Made by a program: the position numbers and the translations under genes. From the NCBI GenBank assembly GCA_945877765.1, contig CAMDWQ010000009.1, forward strand, positions 7,409-71,408: a stretch of DNA of 64,000 nucleotides, written 5' to 3'. Of this stretch, positions 17,951 through 27,294 are shown piece by piece. The notes beneath the pieces are model-generated. The model saw only the letters and a program-made list of their open reading frames with translations. It searched no databases and had not been told where the DNA came from. This DNA comes from Candidatus Omnitrophota bacterium (GTDB lineage Bacteria; Omnitrophota; Gorgyraeia; 2-02-FULL-51-18). Position 1 is the first letter of the stretch. Each line of letters opens with the position of its first letter.

Positions 17951-18355
17951 TTAAACGATTTCTATTTCTTCCTCTATTATTTTTTCGTCTTTAATCTTAA
18001 ATGAACGTAAAATTGGTTTGTTTATATCCGACAGTGACACGATCAGATAACTCACATCAGGATAAAATGCCAGACGCACATCTTTCTGAGAAGGAGCCGC
18101 CTCACTTGCCACATGCGAATGAAAAATGCCCGTCATCTCTATTCCCATCTCTCTCATTTTCTTAAGAACTAAAAGCTGCTCTTTGGGGTCCATAAAATAG
18201 CTGATGCTTGATTCATCTAGATTTCTCATTGGGAAAAATTTAGAAGTAATTCTTTTTTTTAAATCCCCTCCAAGAATGCCGCAAGCCTCATTGGGGAACC
18301 CTGCTTTGGCATGCGCGATCATCGCCCCATAAATGGATTTAGAGAGGTGGATCAT
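17951..18355 (-). CDS. JAMM/MPN+ metalloprotease (Mec+/QbsD-like)
   Basis: 134 aa with E...HSHVASEAAPSQKDV (the JAMM motif HxHx7Sx2D). It sits next to the ThiS-CysK and CysO-like genes. Confidence 0.8.
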   Translation of the reverse strand: MIHLSKSIYGAMIAHAKAGFPNEACGILGGDLKKRITSKFFPMRNLDESSISYFMDPKEQLLVLKKMREMGIEMTGIFHSHVASEAAPSQKDVRLAFYPDVSYLIVSLSDINKPILRSFKIKDEKIIEEEIEIV

Positions 18356-19195
18356 TTAAATATTACTCCCTAAGTTTCTCTCTGCCGGTACTTGATCGAT
18401 GTTTTTATCCAAACCGTAATCAAGATCCAACTGCTCTTTAGCCACTTTATCAATCTCGTCTTTCAAGGAACCCATAATCTTTGTCTGCAGCATCAAAAGC
18501 TGCGGGTCCTGCTCAACGCGTGGGCGCGGAATCCGTACGGGATATTCTTTTTTAATTGTCCCGGGCCTTGCTGAGATTTCAAACACTCGGTCCGACAAAA
18601 ACGTCGCCTCGCGCACATTATGTGTCACAAAAAATATAGTCTTCTTCGTTTTTTGCCAAATCGTCTGCAACTCTTCCTGTAACAGTTGGCGGGTTTGCGC
18701 ATCCAGAGCCGCAAAAGGCTCATCCATCAAAAGAATTTTAGGATCCATCACTAGTGCCCTAGCAATCGCCGCCCGCTGGCGCATCCCGCCGGACAGCTCA
18801 TGCGGATAGGCATTTAAAAAACGAGTCAAATGGACCATCTTAAGCGCCTCAAATGCGCGCTGGTTTCTCTCCGCCAGAGAAACTTTCTGAAGTTTTAAAC
18901 CAAATTCCACATTTTCCTGCACCGTCAGCCAAGGAAAAAGCGCCGCCTCCTGAAACACCACCAGCCTGTCCTTGGAAGGACCGTCTACAATTTTAGAATC
19001 CACATACACTTCACCCGAATCCGGAAACTCAAGTCCTGCAATGAGCGATATCAGCGACGACTTCCCGCAGCCTGAGGGCCCAATCACACAAATAAACTCA
19101 CCCTCTTCAATTGAAAAATTAATATCCCGAAGCGCCTGCACCCGCTGGCCCTTCTGCTGAAAACTTTTATGGACTCGCTTTAAAGTGACTCGCAT
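18356..19195 (-). CDS. ABC transporter ATP-binding protein (SsuB/TauB/NrtD-like)
   Basis: Walker A GPSGCGKSS, signature LSGGMRQR and Walker B LLMDEPFAALD. Confidence 0.85.
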   Translation of the reverse strand: MRVTLKRVHKSFQQKGQRVQALRDINFSIEEGEFICVIGPSGCGKSSLISLIAGLEFPDSGEVYVDSKIVDGPSKDRLVVFQEAALFPWLTVQENVEFGLKLQKVSLAERNQRAFEALKMVHLTRFLNAYPHELSGGMRQRAAIARALVMDPKILLMDEPFAALDAQTRQLLQEELQTIWQKTKKTIFFVTHNVREATFLSDRVFEISARPGTIKKEYPVRIPRPRVEQDPQLLMLQTKIMGSLKDEIDKVAKEQLDLDYGLDKNIDQVPAERNLGSNI

Positions 19196-19204
19196 ATACT
19201 ATCC

Positions 19205-19345
19205 ATCCTTACTCTCTGCCTTTTCCCCTCCTTTCGAAGGAGGGGTGGTGCCGAAGGCGACGGGGTGGTTGACACGTTCAACAGCACGCGTAAAACCCTA
19301 CAACCCCACCGCCTCCGGCACCTCCCCTTCGTAAGGGGAGGAAAA
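19205..19345 (-). promoter_or_regulatory. GC-rich structured leader/terminator region with SD/anti-SD hairpins
   Basis: Minus-strand RNA: CCTCCCCTTacgAAGGGGAGG lies directly after the cysH stop. CCCCTCCTTcgaAAGGAGGGG lies about 25 nt before the ABC-ATPase start, followed by a free AAGGATGG SD. Confidence 0.3.
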
Positions 19346-19353
19346 TGTTTAGA

Positions 19354-20055
19354 TTATCGGTGTAACCCACATTCTTTGTTTTCCGGATTTTCCCACCACC
19401 AACGTCCCGCTCTCACATCCTCGCCTGGTTTGATCCCACGAGTACACGGTGCACAGCCAATGGACGGATACCCCAAATCATGCAGTCGGTTATAAGGCAC
19501 CTTATTAACTTTAATGTAATCCCACACTTGTTTTTCCGACCAGTCCGCCAGCGGATTAATTTTTAAAATTCCTCCGTGCGCCTCATCCACCTCAATTTTT
19601 TGTATCGCTGTACGGGTCACTGCTTGTTCACGGCGTAAACCCGTGATCCAAGCCTTCAATCCGGTAAGTGCCCGATTCAAAGGCTCGACTTTTCGAATCC
19701 CGCAGCACTCTTTGCGATTCTCCACCGACTCCCGAAAAGAAAAAAATCCTTTTTGCCTTTCGAGCTCCTCAATCTTCACACGGTCAGGAAAATAAGACTC
19801 AATCGTAATTCCGTATTTTGAACGAATTCGCTCCATCACCTCATACGTCTCTTCATTCAAGCGCCCAGTATCCAATGTAAATACCCGCGCCATAGGCTTA
19901 ATCTTGGACAGGAGGTCAATGACCACTACATCTTCCGCCCCAAACGAAGAAGCAAAAGCTACCTTATCCCCAAACTCTTTCAGCGCCCACCCCAGCACCA
20001 TCTCAGCCGGCTTTTTCTCAAACTCCCCATTCAATGCTGAAAAATCATATTGCAT
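19354..20055 (-). CDS. cysH: assimilatory adenylyl-sulfate (APS)-type reductase, thioredoxin-dependent
   Basis: PAPS-reductase fold, plus the CC...CxxC pattern (KECCGIRK, SIGCAPCT) and the C-terminal KECGLH, as I recall it from APS-specific Fe-S reductases. Start placed at MQYDFSAL; the 54 upstream codons of the ORF-track call are read-through of the GC-rich repeat B. Confidence 0.8.
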   Translation of the reverse strand: MQYDFSALNGEFEKKPAEMVLGWALKEFGDKVAFASSFGAEDVVVIDLLSKIKPMARVFTLDTGRLNEETYEVMERIRSKYGITIESYFPDRVKIEELERQKGFFSFRESVENRKECCGIRKVEPLNRALTGLKAWITGLRREQAVTRTAIQKIEVDEAHGGILKINPLADWSEKQVWDYIKVNKVPYNRLHDLGYPSIGCAPCTRGIKPGEDVRAGRWWWENPENKECGLHR

Positions 20056-20061
20056 AGCGTC

Positions 20062-20205
20062 TGCTCCCGCAACGGGTGGCGCCGGAGTTGCGCATATAAC
20101 GATAGGACATTGCTCCCGCAACGGGTGGCGCCGGAGGGGAGGCCTCCGCTGCGCGGAATGAAGAATTACATGAGCACAGCGGAGTCCCGCAGGTGACAGG
20201 CCCTG
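20062..20205. repeat. GC-rich structured repeat element, copy B, with an internal 24-nt tandem duplication; leader of cysH
   Basis: GCTCCCGCAACGGGTGGCGCCGGAG occurs twice, then GGGAGGCCTCCGCTGCGCGGAATGAAGAATTACATGAGCACAGCGGAGTCCCGCAGGTGACAGGCCC. This is near-identical to 5396..5470. Confidence 0.5.
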
Positions 20206-20222
20206 TTGCGAACACATCGCAC

Positions 20223-21503
20223 CTATATAGCACTCACATGCTCCACATTTTTCAAAATAATCCCGCCCCCGCGCACATCATGATCGCTGACCAGCACAAA
20301 TCGTCCCGTTTCCGGAATTTCATCAAACGTATCAAACGCAATCGGCTTCTTGGTCGAAAGAATGATCTCCGCCACTTCGTTTTTAGCCACCTCATGCGAA
20401 TTTTTTGAGATTTCTTCCAAGGTTGAGGAATTAATCACTTTTAAAATCGCCTCGACCACGCACTCGACTTCCTGAGTCGCGACTTTCAAAATATACTTTC
20501 CGCCTTTTTCCAAGTGCTTATTCCCCATCCAAAAAATATTCGCCGAAAACCGGTCAGACACCAAGGTCTTGTTGGATTTTAAGCATCCAATCTCCCCGCG
20601 CTCGACAAAAATTTGATCTTCCATGGTTAGACCTATCGACTCCCCAGCAACTACCGTCATGGGCATCGGCGCATTCCATTTTTCAATGGTTTTTACTTTG
20701 GTCGATTTTCCCGACGGCATGAAGATAATCTCATCCCCGATAGAGATCGTGCCCGATTCCAGACGTCCGGCAATAATACGCCGCTTATCAAATTTGTACA
20801 CATCCTGCACCGGAAAACGCGCCGCCAGCTTCGAGCGGTCATCATGTGTGGCAAAATTCTCCAACACTCCCAGGATCGATTCCCCCTGATACCAAGGCAT
20901 GTTGACGCTTTTTTGCACGACATTGTCCCCGTGATAAGCTGAGATCGGGATAAAAGTCCTCGGTTTCACGTTGATCGATGCCAAGTATTTCGTGTAAGTC
21001 GTCACCACGTCGTTAAAAACTTTCTCGGAATACTTCACTAGATCCATCTTATTGACCACAATAGCGATCTGCTTGATGCCTAAAAGCGAAAGAATATACG
21101 CGTGTCGTTGCGTCTGCTCCTGAATCCCTTCCTCCGCGTCAATCATGAGAAATGCCACATCGGCGTTGGAAGCACCCGAAATCATATTCTTTAAAAATTC
21201 CTTATGACCCGGCGCATCAATAACAACATAATTTCTTTTTTTGGTCCTAAAAAACATCTGTGCCACGTCAATCGTAATCCCTTGGTCGCGCTCTTCCTCG
21301 AGGCCGTCCAAAAGAAAAGCAAATTCAAACACTTTTCCCTGGTCTTCGCAGACTTTTTTGACATGAGCAATTTTATTGTCCGGGATGAAACCGGTCTCGC
21401 TTAGGAGGCGTCCCACCAGTGTCGACTTGCCGTGGTCCACATGGCCCACCATCACAAACTTTAATGTTTCCGTTGAGGTTAAATTTAAATCTAGAGTTTC
21501 CAT
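20223..21503 (-). CDS. cysN: sulfate adenylyltransferase large subunit (GTPase)
   Basis: G1 [10 protein letters not shown]3 DAPGH and NKMD, plus EF-Tu-like beta-barrel domains. The start overlaps the cysD stop. Confidence 0.85.
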   Translation of the reverse strand: METLDLNLTSTETLKFVMVGHVDHGKSTLVGRLLSETGFIPDNKIAHVKKVCEDQGKVFEFAFLLDGLEEERDQGITIDVAQMFFRTKKRNYVVIDAPGHKEFLKNMISGASNADVAFLMIDAEEGIQEQTQRHAYILSLLGIKQIAIVVNKMDLVKYSEKVFNDVVTTYTKYLASINVKPRTFIPISAYHGDNVVQKSVNMPWYQGESILGVLENFATHDDRSKLAARFPVQDVYKFDKRRIIAGRLESGTISIGDEIIFMPSGKSTKVKTIEKWNAPMPMTVVAGESIGLTMEDQIFVERGEIGCLKSNKTLVSDRFSANIFWMGNKHLEKGGKYILKVATQEVECVVEAILKVINSSTLEEISKNSHEVAKNEVAEIILSTKKPIAFDTFDEIPETGRFVLVSDHDVRGGGIILKNVEHVSAI

Positions 21504-22303
21504 TACATATATCCTTTGGTTCTAAGTTTCTGCATCGCGTAAGTGTCTTCTTGGTCCTGCGCCCGACCGGCCCGTTCGGAAGTCTTGCCTGCTTTAAGCT
21601 CGGCAATAATCTCATCCAAATTAGAAGCCTTGGAATCAATGGAAGCGGTGCAGGGTGCGCAACCCAAACTGCGGTACCGTTTGCCATTTTTTGAAAAATA
21701 AAGACTCACCACCGGAATATTTTCACGCTTGATATATTCCCATATATTCAATTCCGTCCAGTGAAGCAAGGGATGGATACGAATATGCGTATTTTCGTCA
21801 AAATTGGTTTTAAATTGGTCCCAGAGCTCTGGCGGCTGGTCCTTAAAATCCCACTCAAAGTTTTTATCACGAGGAGAAAAATAGCGCTCTTTGGCACGCG
21901 TAGATTCTTCGTCGCGGCGAATCCCCAGGATCAATCCTTTATAGTCATACTGTTCCATAATCTGGTGAAGCCCATTGGTCTTTAACGCCGTGCAGCAGTT
22001 AATACGCCCCAGCGTGTAATTCATGCCTTCGGCCAGCGCCTTTTTGTTCTGGCCAACAATCAGGTTTAAATCCCACTCTTTGGCATAGCGGTCGCGAAAC
22101 TCAATCATCTCAGGAATTTTGTAACTGGTATCAATGTGCACCAGCGGAATTGGCACGTGGCCATAGAACGCCTTTCGTGCCAGCCACAAGAGCACATTCG
22201 AATCTTTCCCAATCGACCATAGCATGGCCAACTTCTTAAATTTTTTCTGCGCTTCGCGTAAAATAAACACGGACTGATTTTCTAGCTTATCCAGATGATC
22301 CAT
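21503..22303 (-). CDS. cysD: sulfate adenylyltransferase small subunit
   Basis: 266 aa with a PAPS-reductase-like ATP pyrophosphatase fold ([17 protein letters not shown]) and the C-terminal G(R)AxDQE motif. Confidence 0.9.
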   Translation of the reverse strand: MDHLDKLENQSVFILREAQKKFKKLAMLWSIGKDSNVLLWLARKAFYGHVPIPLVHIDTSYKIPEMIEFRDRYAKEWDLNLIVGQNKKALAEGMNYTLGRINCCTALKTNGLHQIMEQYDYKGLILGIRRDEESTRAKERYFSPRDKNFEWDFKDQPPELWDQFKTNFDENTHIRIHPLLHWTELNIWEYIKRENIPVVSLYFSKNGKRYRSLGCAPCTASIDSKASNLDEIIAELKAGKTSERAGRAQDQEDTYAMQKLRTKGYM

Positions 22304-22435
22304 TTGAAGCTCTCGCCTTCCTTTAAATAGTAGTAAAATGGTGTTATACAGTACAACTAAATACTACCATACATTACTTAATTGGTCAAATATAAAAATA
22401 AAAAAAGACCATGAGTGATTAGTGACCCATTGACT

Positions 22436-22506
22436 GTCATCCCCGAAATCTTTAATCGGGGATCATGTATAGGTTTGATTCCCGATTAAAACTCTCGGGA
22501 ATGACG
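22436..22506. repeat. REP/MITE-like hairpin elements, two units
   Basis: GTCATCCCCGAaatctttaATCGGGGATCATg tataggtt TGATTCCCGAttaaaactcTCGGGAATGACgtg, inside a 430-bp AT-rich intergenic region. Confidence 0.7.
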
Positions 22507-22730
22507 TGATATTTTGATTTAATTCTGCTAAGTATTTTAAATAGTTACTTAGTGGGGGATTATGTATAAAATAAGTCGATTTTTAACTATTAAATCCCAA
22601 TTTATGCTATTTTAAAAGTTAATAGTGGGTTAAAATTCCCATACTAAGTTTACTTAATAACTATTATATATATTAAAAAATATGCAATTTTTTCAATTAT
22701 TAGGGTTGAATCGATTTTTCTATGGCTATT

Positions 22731-23828
22731 TTAGCCTTCAACGACGCTGGAGACGTCGAAATGAATACCGACGCTTTCAAGCTTGCGAATCATATCGGAT
22801 TTATCGACGCATTTCATGTAGGCTTCAGTGGGTGTGATTAAATCTGCTTTGATGTGCTCCAAAAGTGAGTCGTTGAGGAGTTTCATCCCTTGCTTGAGGC
22901 CTACCTGCATCGCGGAAGCAATTTGGTGCGTCTTGCCATCGCGAATATTGGCGCCAATAGCGAAGTTGGATACCAAGATTTCTAAGGCGGCCACACGTCC
23001 CGAAGTTTTCTTTTTGCACAACGTCTGAGCAATCACTCCTTTTAGAGAAACAGCAAGCATTGTTCGGATCTGCGCTTGCCGGTTACCGGGGAACTGATCG
23101 ATAATTCTGTCGACGGTGGAAGGCGCGGTACTCGTATGGAGCGTGGCAAAGACCAAGTGCCCTGTCTCGGCCGTTTCAAGAGCGATTTCAACCGTTTCTA
23201 AGTCTCTCATTTCACCCACGAGCACAATATCAGGATCTTCACGCAAACCCGCACGCAATGCGTTTTTAAAACTTTGTGTGTGTCGCCTCACCTCGCGCTG
23301 ATTGATGAGACATTTAATATTGGGATGGACAAACTCGATGGGGTCTTCAATGGTAATAATATGGCTGGTGCGATTACGGTTGATGTGGTCAATCATCGCC
23401 GCCAGTGTCGTGGACTTGCCGGAACCCGTGGGGCCGGTGACAACAACAAGGCCTTTCGTTAAATAGCAAAAGTTTAAAATGGATCGCGGGAGACCCAACG
23501 CATCCGTGGTATGAATCTTATCCGGAACTAAACGGCAAACGGTTCCCATCCCTTTATGGTCCTTGAAAAGATTGACACGGAAACGGCCGGTCCCTTGCAG
23601 GGCATAAGCAAAATCGGTGTCCCATTTCTCATGAACTTCATCCCAATTCATTTGGGGGGTAATTTCTTTAAGGTACTCCTCTATCTTTTCGGGTGTTGTC
23701 TCGTCATAACCTTCGACGGTTACCATTTCGCCGCTGACACGGAACATAGGCTTTACTTTGGCAGATAGATGCAAATCTGAAGCTCCAGCCTCAAGCATTT
23801 GATGAAATAGTTTATCTAACCAAGCCAT
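22731..23828 (-). CDS. pilT: type IV pilus retraction ATPase PilT
   Basis: 365 aa with Walker A GPTGSGKSTT, Asp/His boxes and the PilT/PilU family core. Confidence 0.85.
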   Translation of the reverse strand: MAWLDKLFHQMLEAGASDLHLSAKVKPMFRVSGEMVTVEGYDETTPEKIEEYLKEITPQMNWDEVHEKWDTDFAYALQGTGRFRVNLFKDHKGMGTVCRLVPDKIHTTDALGLPRSILNFCYLTKGLVVVTGPTGSGKSTTLAAMIDHINRNRTSHIITIEDPIEFVHPNIKCLINQREVRRHTQSFKNALRAGLREDPDIVLVGEMRDLETVEIALETAETGHLVFATLHTSTAPSTVDRIIDQFPGNRQAQIRTMLAVSLKGVIAQTLCKKKTSGRVAALEILVSNFAIGANIRDGKTHQIASAMQVGLKQGMKLLNDSLLEHIKADLITPTEAYMKCVDKSDMIRKLESVGIHFDVSSVVEG

Positions 23829-23977
23829 AATTTCTCCCTATATATTAGTTAATAACTCTTATCAAAAGTTATCATAAAAAAGCAATAATTTCAAGTGGGG
23901 AGTAAAAATAAATTGGGGGCTATCCGGACGTAAGATTGCTATGAATTTTGGCTTTTCGTCTGGTATAATTACATCCT

Positions 23978-25690
23978 GTGAATTCAAAATCCAGAAACGT
24001 CAGCGCTGGCTTTCCGGGCATCCGTGATTTTATCCTCCTGGGCATCGTCTGGACCCTCGCAATTTTTCTCGTCAACCCTACCGGCAACTTTCCTCTAAAT
24101 GATGACTGGATTTATGCCTTCACCGTCGAAAAATGCCTGCTGGAAGGAAAACTCCATTTTTTAAACTGGGCCTCAACGCGGGCTTATCCTCATGTTTTTA
24201 TCGGTATCATCAGCTGTTTCCTTTTTGGATTTTCTCAAGAGGTCTTGAGATTTTCGACAATCCTGTTGGGATTTGCGGGAATCTTGACGACCTACGCTTT
24301 ATTAAAGCAGGCCGAAGAGCCTAAACAAAAACAAACCATTCCTCTGTTGGGGGCACTTCTTTTGGCAGTGAATCCGATTTATTTGGAACTCTCCAATACT
24401 TTTATGACGGATGTGCCTTTTTATGTTGTATTTGTCACCTCCGTTTATTATTTTAGCCGCTTTTTAAAAAATAATTCAAACCGGGATCTGTGGTTGGGCA
24501 CGGGGTGGGCTTGCCTTGCGATCGCCTATCGACAATTTGGCATCGTTGCTCCTCTGGCATTTTCGGCCACTTTATTGTTCCGGAAAATAAAACCGAGAAG
24601 GAATATTTTGATGATCCTTGCGCCGGCTCTTTGCGCTATCGGGGTTTTTTGGTTCATCAATCAGTCTTACGGAGGAGTAGACCCAACAGCACCCATGAAA
24701 TACCACGGTTACTGGGACCACTTTTTAAGGCCGGACATCGCTGGAAACGCGCTCTATCTTCTAAAGATCTGTATCGCTTATTCAGGCCTCTTTTTTTTAC
24801 CGCTCCTGATTTTCATAACATCCAAAATAATCGCCCAATCTTCCGGCAATAAAATCATGCCCTCCTTGTTTATTTTATCGCTAGTGGCAGTGGCGGGAGT
24901 ATGGTGGGGAGCGGGCGGAGAAAATTGGATGCCCTTTGCCAAAAATATCGGAAATATCATGACACCTTGGGGCTTGGGGCCTTTTCCGCTAAAAGGAAAC
25001 GCCGGCGGTTTTTTTTCTTCGCTGGCTGCGCACCCGGTTTTTTGGTCGGGCGTGACGGTCTTTAGTTTTTTTGGGGCAGTTTTATTTTTATTTTTTTGTA
25101 TTCGAGCCGCTTGGCAAACTTTTTACCCTGTAAACGATGGCAAACCATCAGACGGAAATAGGCTATTTGCCGCACTAATGATGTTGATCTATTTTCTAAT
25201 TCTAGTTTTTTTTCCTCAGTTTTATGACCGGTATCTCCTTGTTTTCTTTCCTTCTGTTTTTATGATTCTGAGCCTGCAAACGGTAAATAACGCCGCACAA
25301 CCTTTAAAAAACGCTCGAAAAATTTCTTGGGTAGGTTTTTTAATTCTGGCGGTAATGGGTATTTTTTCTGTCGCGGGAACACATGATTATCTCTGGCTAA
25401 ACCGGACGCGATGGAAAGCGACTCAAGAACTCATGGAAAAGGAAAAAATTTCCCCCGATAGAATAGATGGTGGTTATGAATTTAATGGCCATTTTTTATA
25501 CCATGAGAAATATCAGCCGACGAATAAAACCTCCTGGTGGTGGGTGGATCGCGATGATTATGTGATCGCTCTTCGGCCCCTGAAAGAAAATGGATATGAG
25601 CACCTACGGTCCTATGAATACCCGAGGTGGTTGTTTCTGTCACCAGAACGTGTGCTGATTTTAAAAAAAATGGAGGCGGTTGACGCATGA
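23978..25690 (+). CDS. polytopic membrane protein, putative GT-C-fold (ArnT/PMT-like) glycosyltransferase
   Basis: 570 aa with at least 11 TM helices, an N-terminal loop with acidic residues (NDDWIY) and a C-terminal soluble domain. This is a general resemblance to GT39/GT83 architecture only. Confidence 0.45.
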   Translation: MNSKSRNVSAGFPGIRDFILLGIVWTLAIFLVNPTGNFPLNDDWIYAFTVEKCLLEGKLHFLNWASTRAYPHVFIGIISCFLFGFSQEVLRFSTILLGFAGILTTYALLKQAEEPKQKQTIPLLGALLLAVNPIYLELSNTFMTDVPFYVVFVTSVYYFSRFLKNNSNRDLWLGTGWACLAIAYRQFGIVAPLAFSATLLFRKIKPRRNILMILAPALCAIGVFWFINQSYGGVDPTAPMKYHGYWDHFLRPDIAGNALYLLKICIAYSGLFFLPLLIFITSKIIAQSSGNKIMPSLFILSLVAVAGVWWGAGGENWMPFAKNIGNIMTPWGLGPFPLKGNAGGFFSSLAAHPVFWSGVTVFSFFGAVLFLFFCIRAAWQTFYPVNDGKPSDGNRLFAALMMLIYFLILVFFPQFYDRYLLVFFPSVFMILSLQTVNNAAQPLKNARKISWVGFLILAVMGIFSVAGTHDYLWLNRTRWKATQELMEKEKISPDRIDGGYEFNGHFLYHEKYQPTNKTSWWWVDRDDYVIALRPLKENGYEHLRSYEYPRWLFLSPERVLILKKMEAVDA

Positions 25691-27291
25691 AATCTTCTGT
25701 TTTTTGGGATTGTCTGATGCTAAGCCTGGTGTGGATTGCCGACATCTGTCTGGTGAACCCTGCCTGAAATTTTCCGCTCAACGACGACTGGGCTTACGCA
25801 CTGCCGGTCAAAAGCCTACTAGAAGAAGGTGTCATCCGCATCCCCGGATGGGCTTCAATGTCCCTGTATTCACACATTTTTTTTGGCACCCTGGCAGGAA
25901 AATTATTTGGTTTTTAGTTTGACGCTCTCAGGGCCGTGACTCTGATTTTTGGCTTGGCGGGAGTAGGCGCCACTTATTTTATTTTAAAAGAAGTAGGATT
26001 ATCCCGCGGGGTTTGTTTGATCGGGTCGCTGACGTTGGCGCTAAATCCTATCTATTTCTCTCTTTCTTATACCTTCATGACGGATGTGCCGTTTTACACG
26101 GTCTTTGTTCTCTCGGCTTATTTCTTTCTGCGTTCTATTCGCACGGATTCAAGGCAGGCCGAGGCTCTGGGCGCCCTCATTTCTTGGGTCGCCATTGGTT
26201 ATCGGTAGTTTGGAATCATTGTGTCCGGATCCTACGCGGCGGCCCGTCTCTTACAAAAAGGATTGTCTGCCAAACAACGACTGCGCGCTTTCTATCCCTT
26301 TTTTGTTGGGATTATGGAGCTAGTGGTGATCCACACTCTTTTTAAATACACACACGGCGAAGTGGGAAACTATGTCGACCAAATTGAAATGATTTTATTT
26401 AAACCTTATGAGAGCCGTTTTTACAGCCACTTGTTTGAGGTGATCCTCTACTCGTTGGTTTACTTGGGTTTATTTCTGCTGCCGATGACCCTACTGAGTA
26501 ATTTTGGATGGATGTTTTTTATTCACTCTGGTGGCAGACTTTCAGATGCCGCTCACCGAGAACATGATTCTTTTTTTGGCATTGGGCCGATTGTTTTAAG
26601 ATCCAGTTATGCCTATGCTCCCTCTGCGAACTTGCTGCAAAAACCAGGGGAAATTCTATGGCTTTCATTGAGCGCCATTTTTTTTTGGATTCATCCTTCT
26701 ACTGGCGGCGTTATTTTCCACGCAAAGAAGGCTTGCCCAGGAAAATAGGACGCCCCAGCGGAGATCGGCTTTCCGGTTTATTTTCTTATGCTGTTTTCTT
26801 TACTTAGCATCCTTCATCGTTTTTCCCGTATTTTTTGACCGGTATGTCTTTCATTTTATTCCGTTTGTCATGATTCTTATTTTTTGGGGACAAGCCACCG
26901 GCGCGCCGGTGGTTAAATTTAGGATTTTTGAAAAAATAACTTTTGGGGGGGGTTATTGGCTATTTTTGCCTACTTTTCGGTGGCAGGTACCCACGACTAT
27001 CTTGCCTGGAACCGTGCGCGCTGGGAGGCTCTGCGGGATTTAACCCAAATAAGAAAAATACCCATCAATAAAATCGATGGTGGTTTTGAATTTAACCGCT
27101 GGCAGTCTTCGGTTAAATTTAAAGTTCATTATAATACACAACCGGATTGGCGAATAGGGGAGGACGACTATATCGTCGGTTTGTCACCCGCAAAAGGTTA
27201 CACCGAAATAGCCGAGGTTCCATTTCAGAAATGGCTTCCACCAGGAAAAGCAAGCATCCTCGTCATGAAAAAAGAGGAAACCGCGTAAATT
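25688..27291 (+). pseudogene. decayed tandem paralogue of the upstream GT-C-like membrane protein gene
   Basis: Fragments 25688.., 25936..26208, 26221..26748 and 26956..27288 are collinear with 23978..25690 (e.g. NPIYFSLSYTFMTDVPFYTVFVLSAYFF vs NPIYLELSNTFMTDVPFYVVFVTSVYYF; AGTHDYLAWNRARWEALRDL vs AGTHDYLWLNRTRWKATQEL). They are interrupted by in-frame stops (TGA at about 25765, TAG at about 25914 and 26206) and by frame shifts. Confidence 0.65.
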
Positions 27292-27294
27292 TTA

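Noticed and set aside
20056-20217. N-terminal 54 codons of the ORF-track cysH call (MCSQQGLSPAGLRCAHV...)
   Set aside because: This is the repeat-derived sequence. The conserved CysH alignment starts at MQYDFSAL (ATG at 20055).
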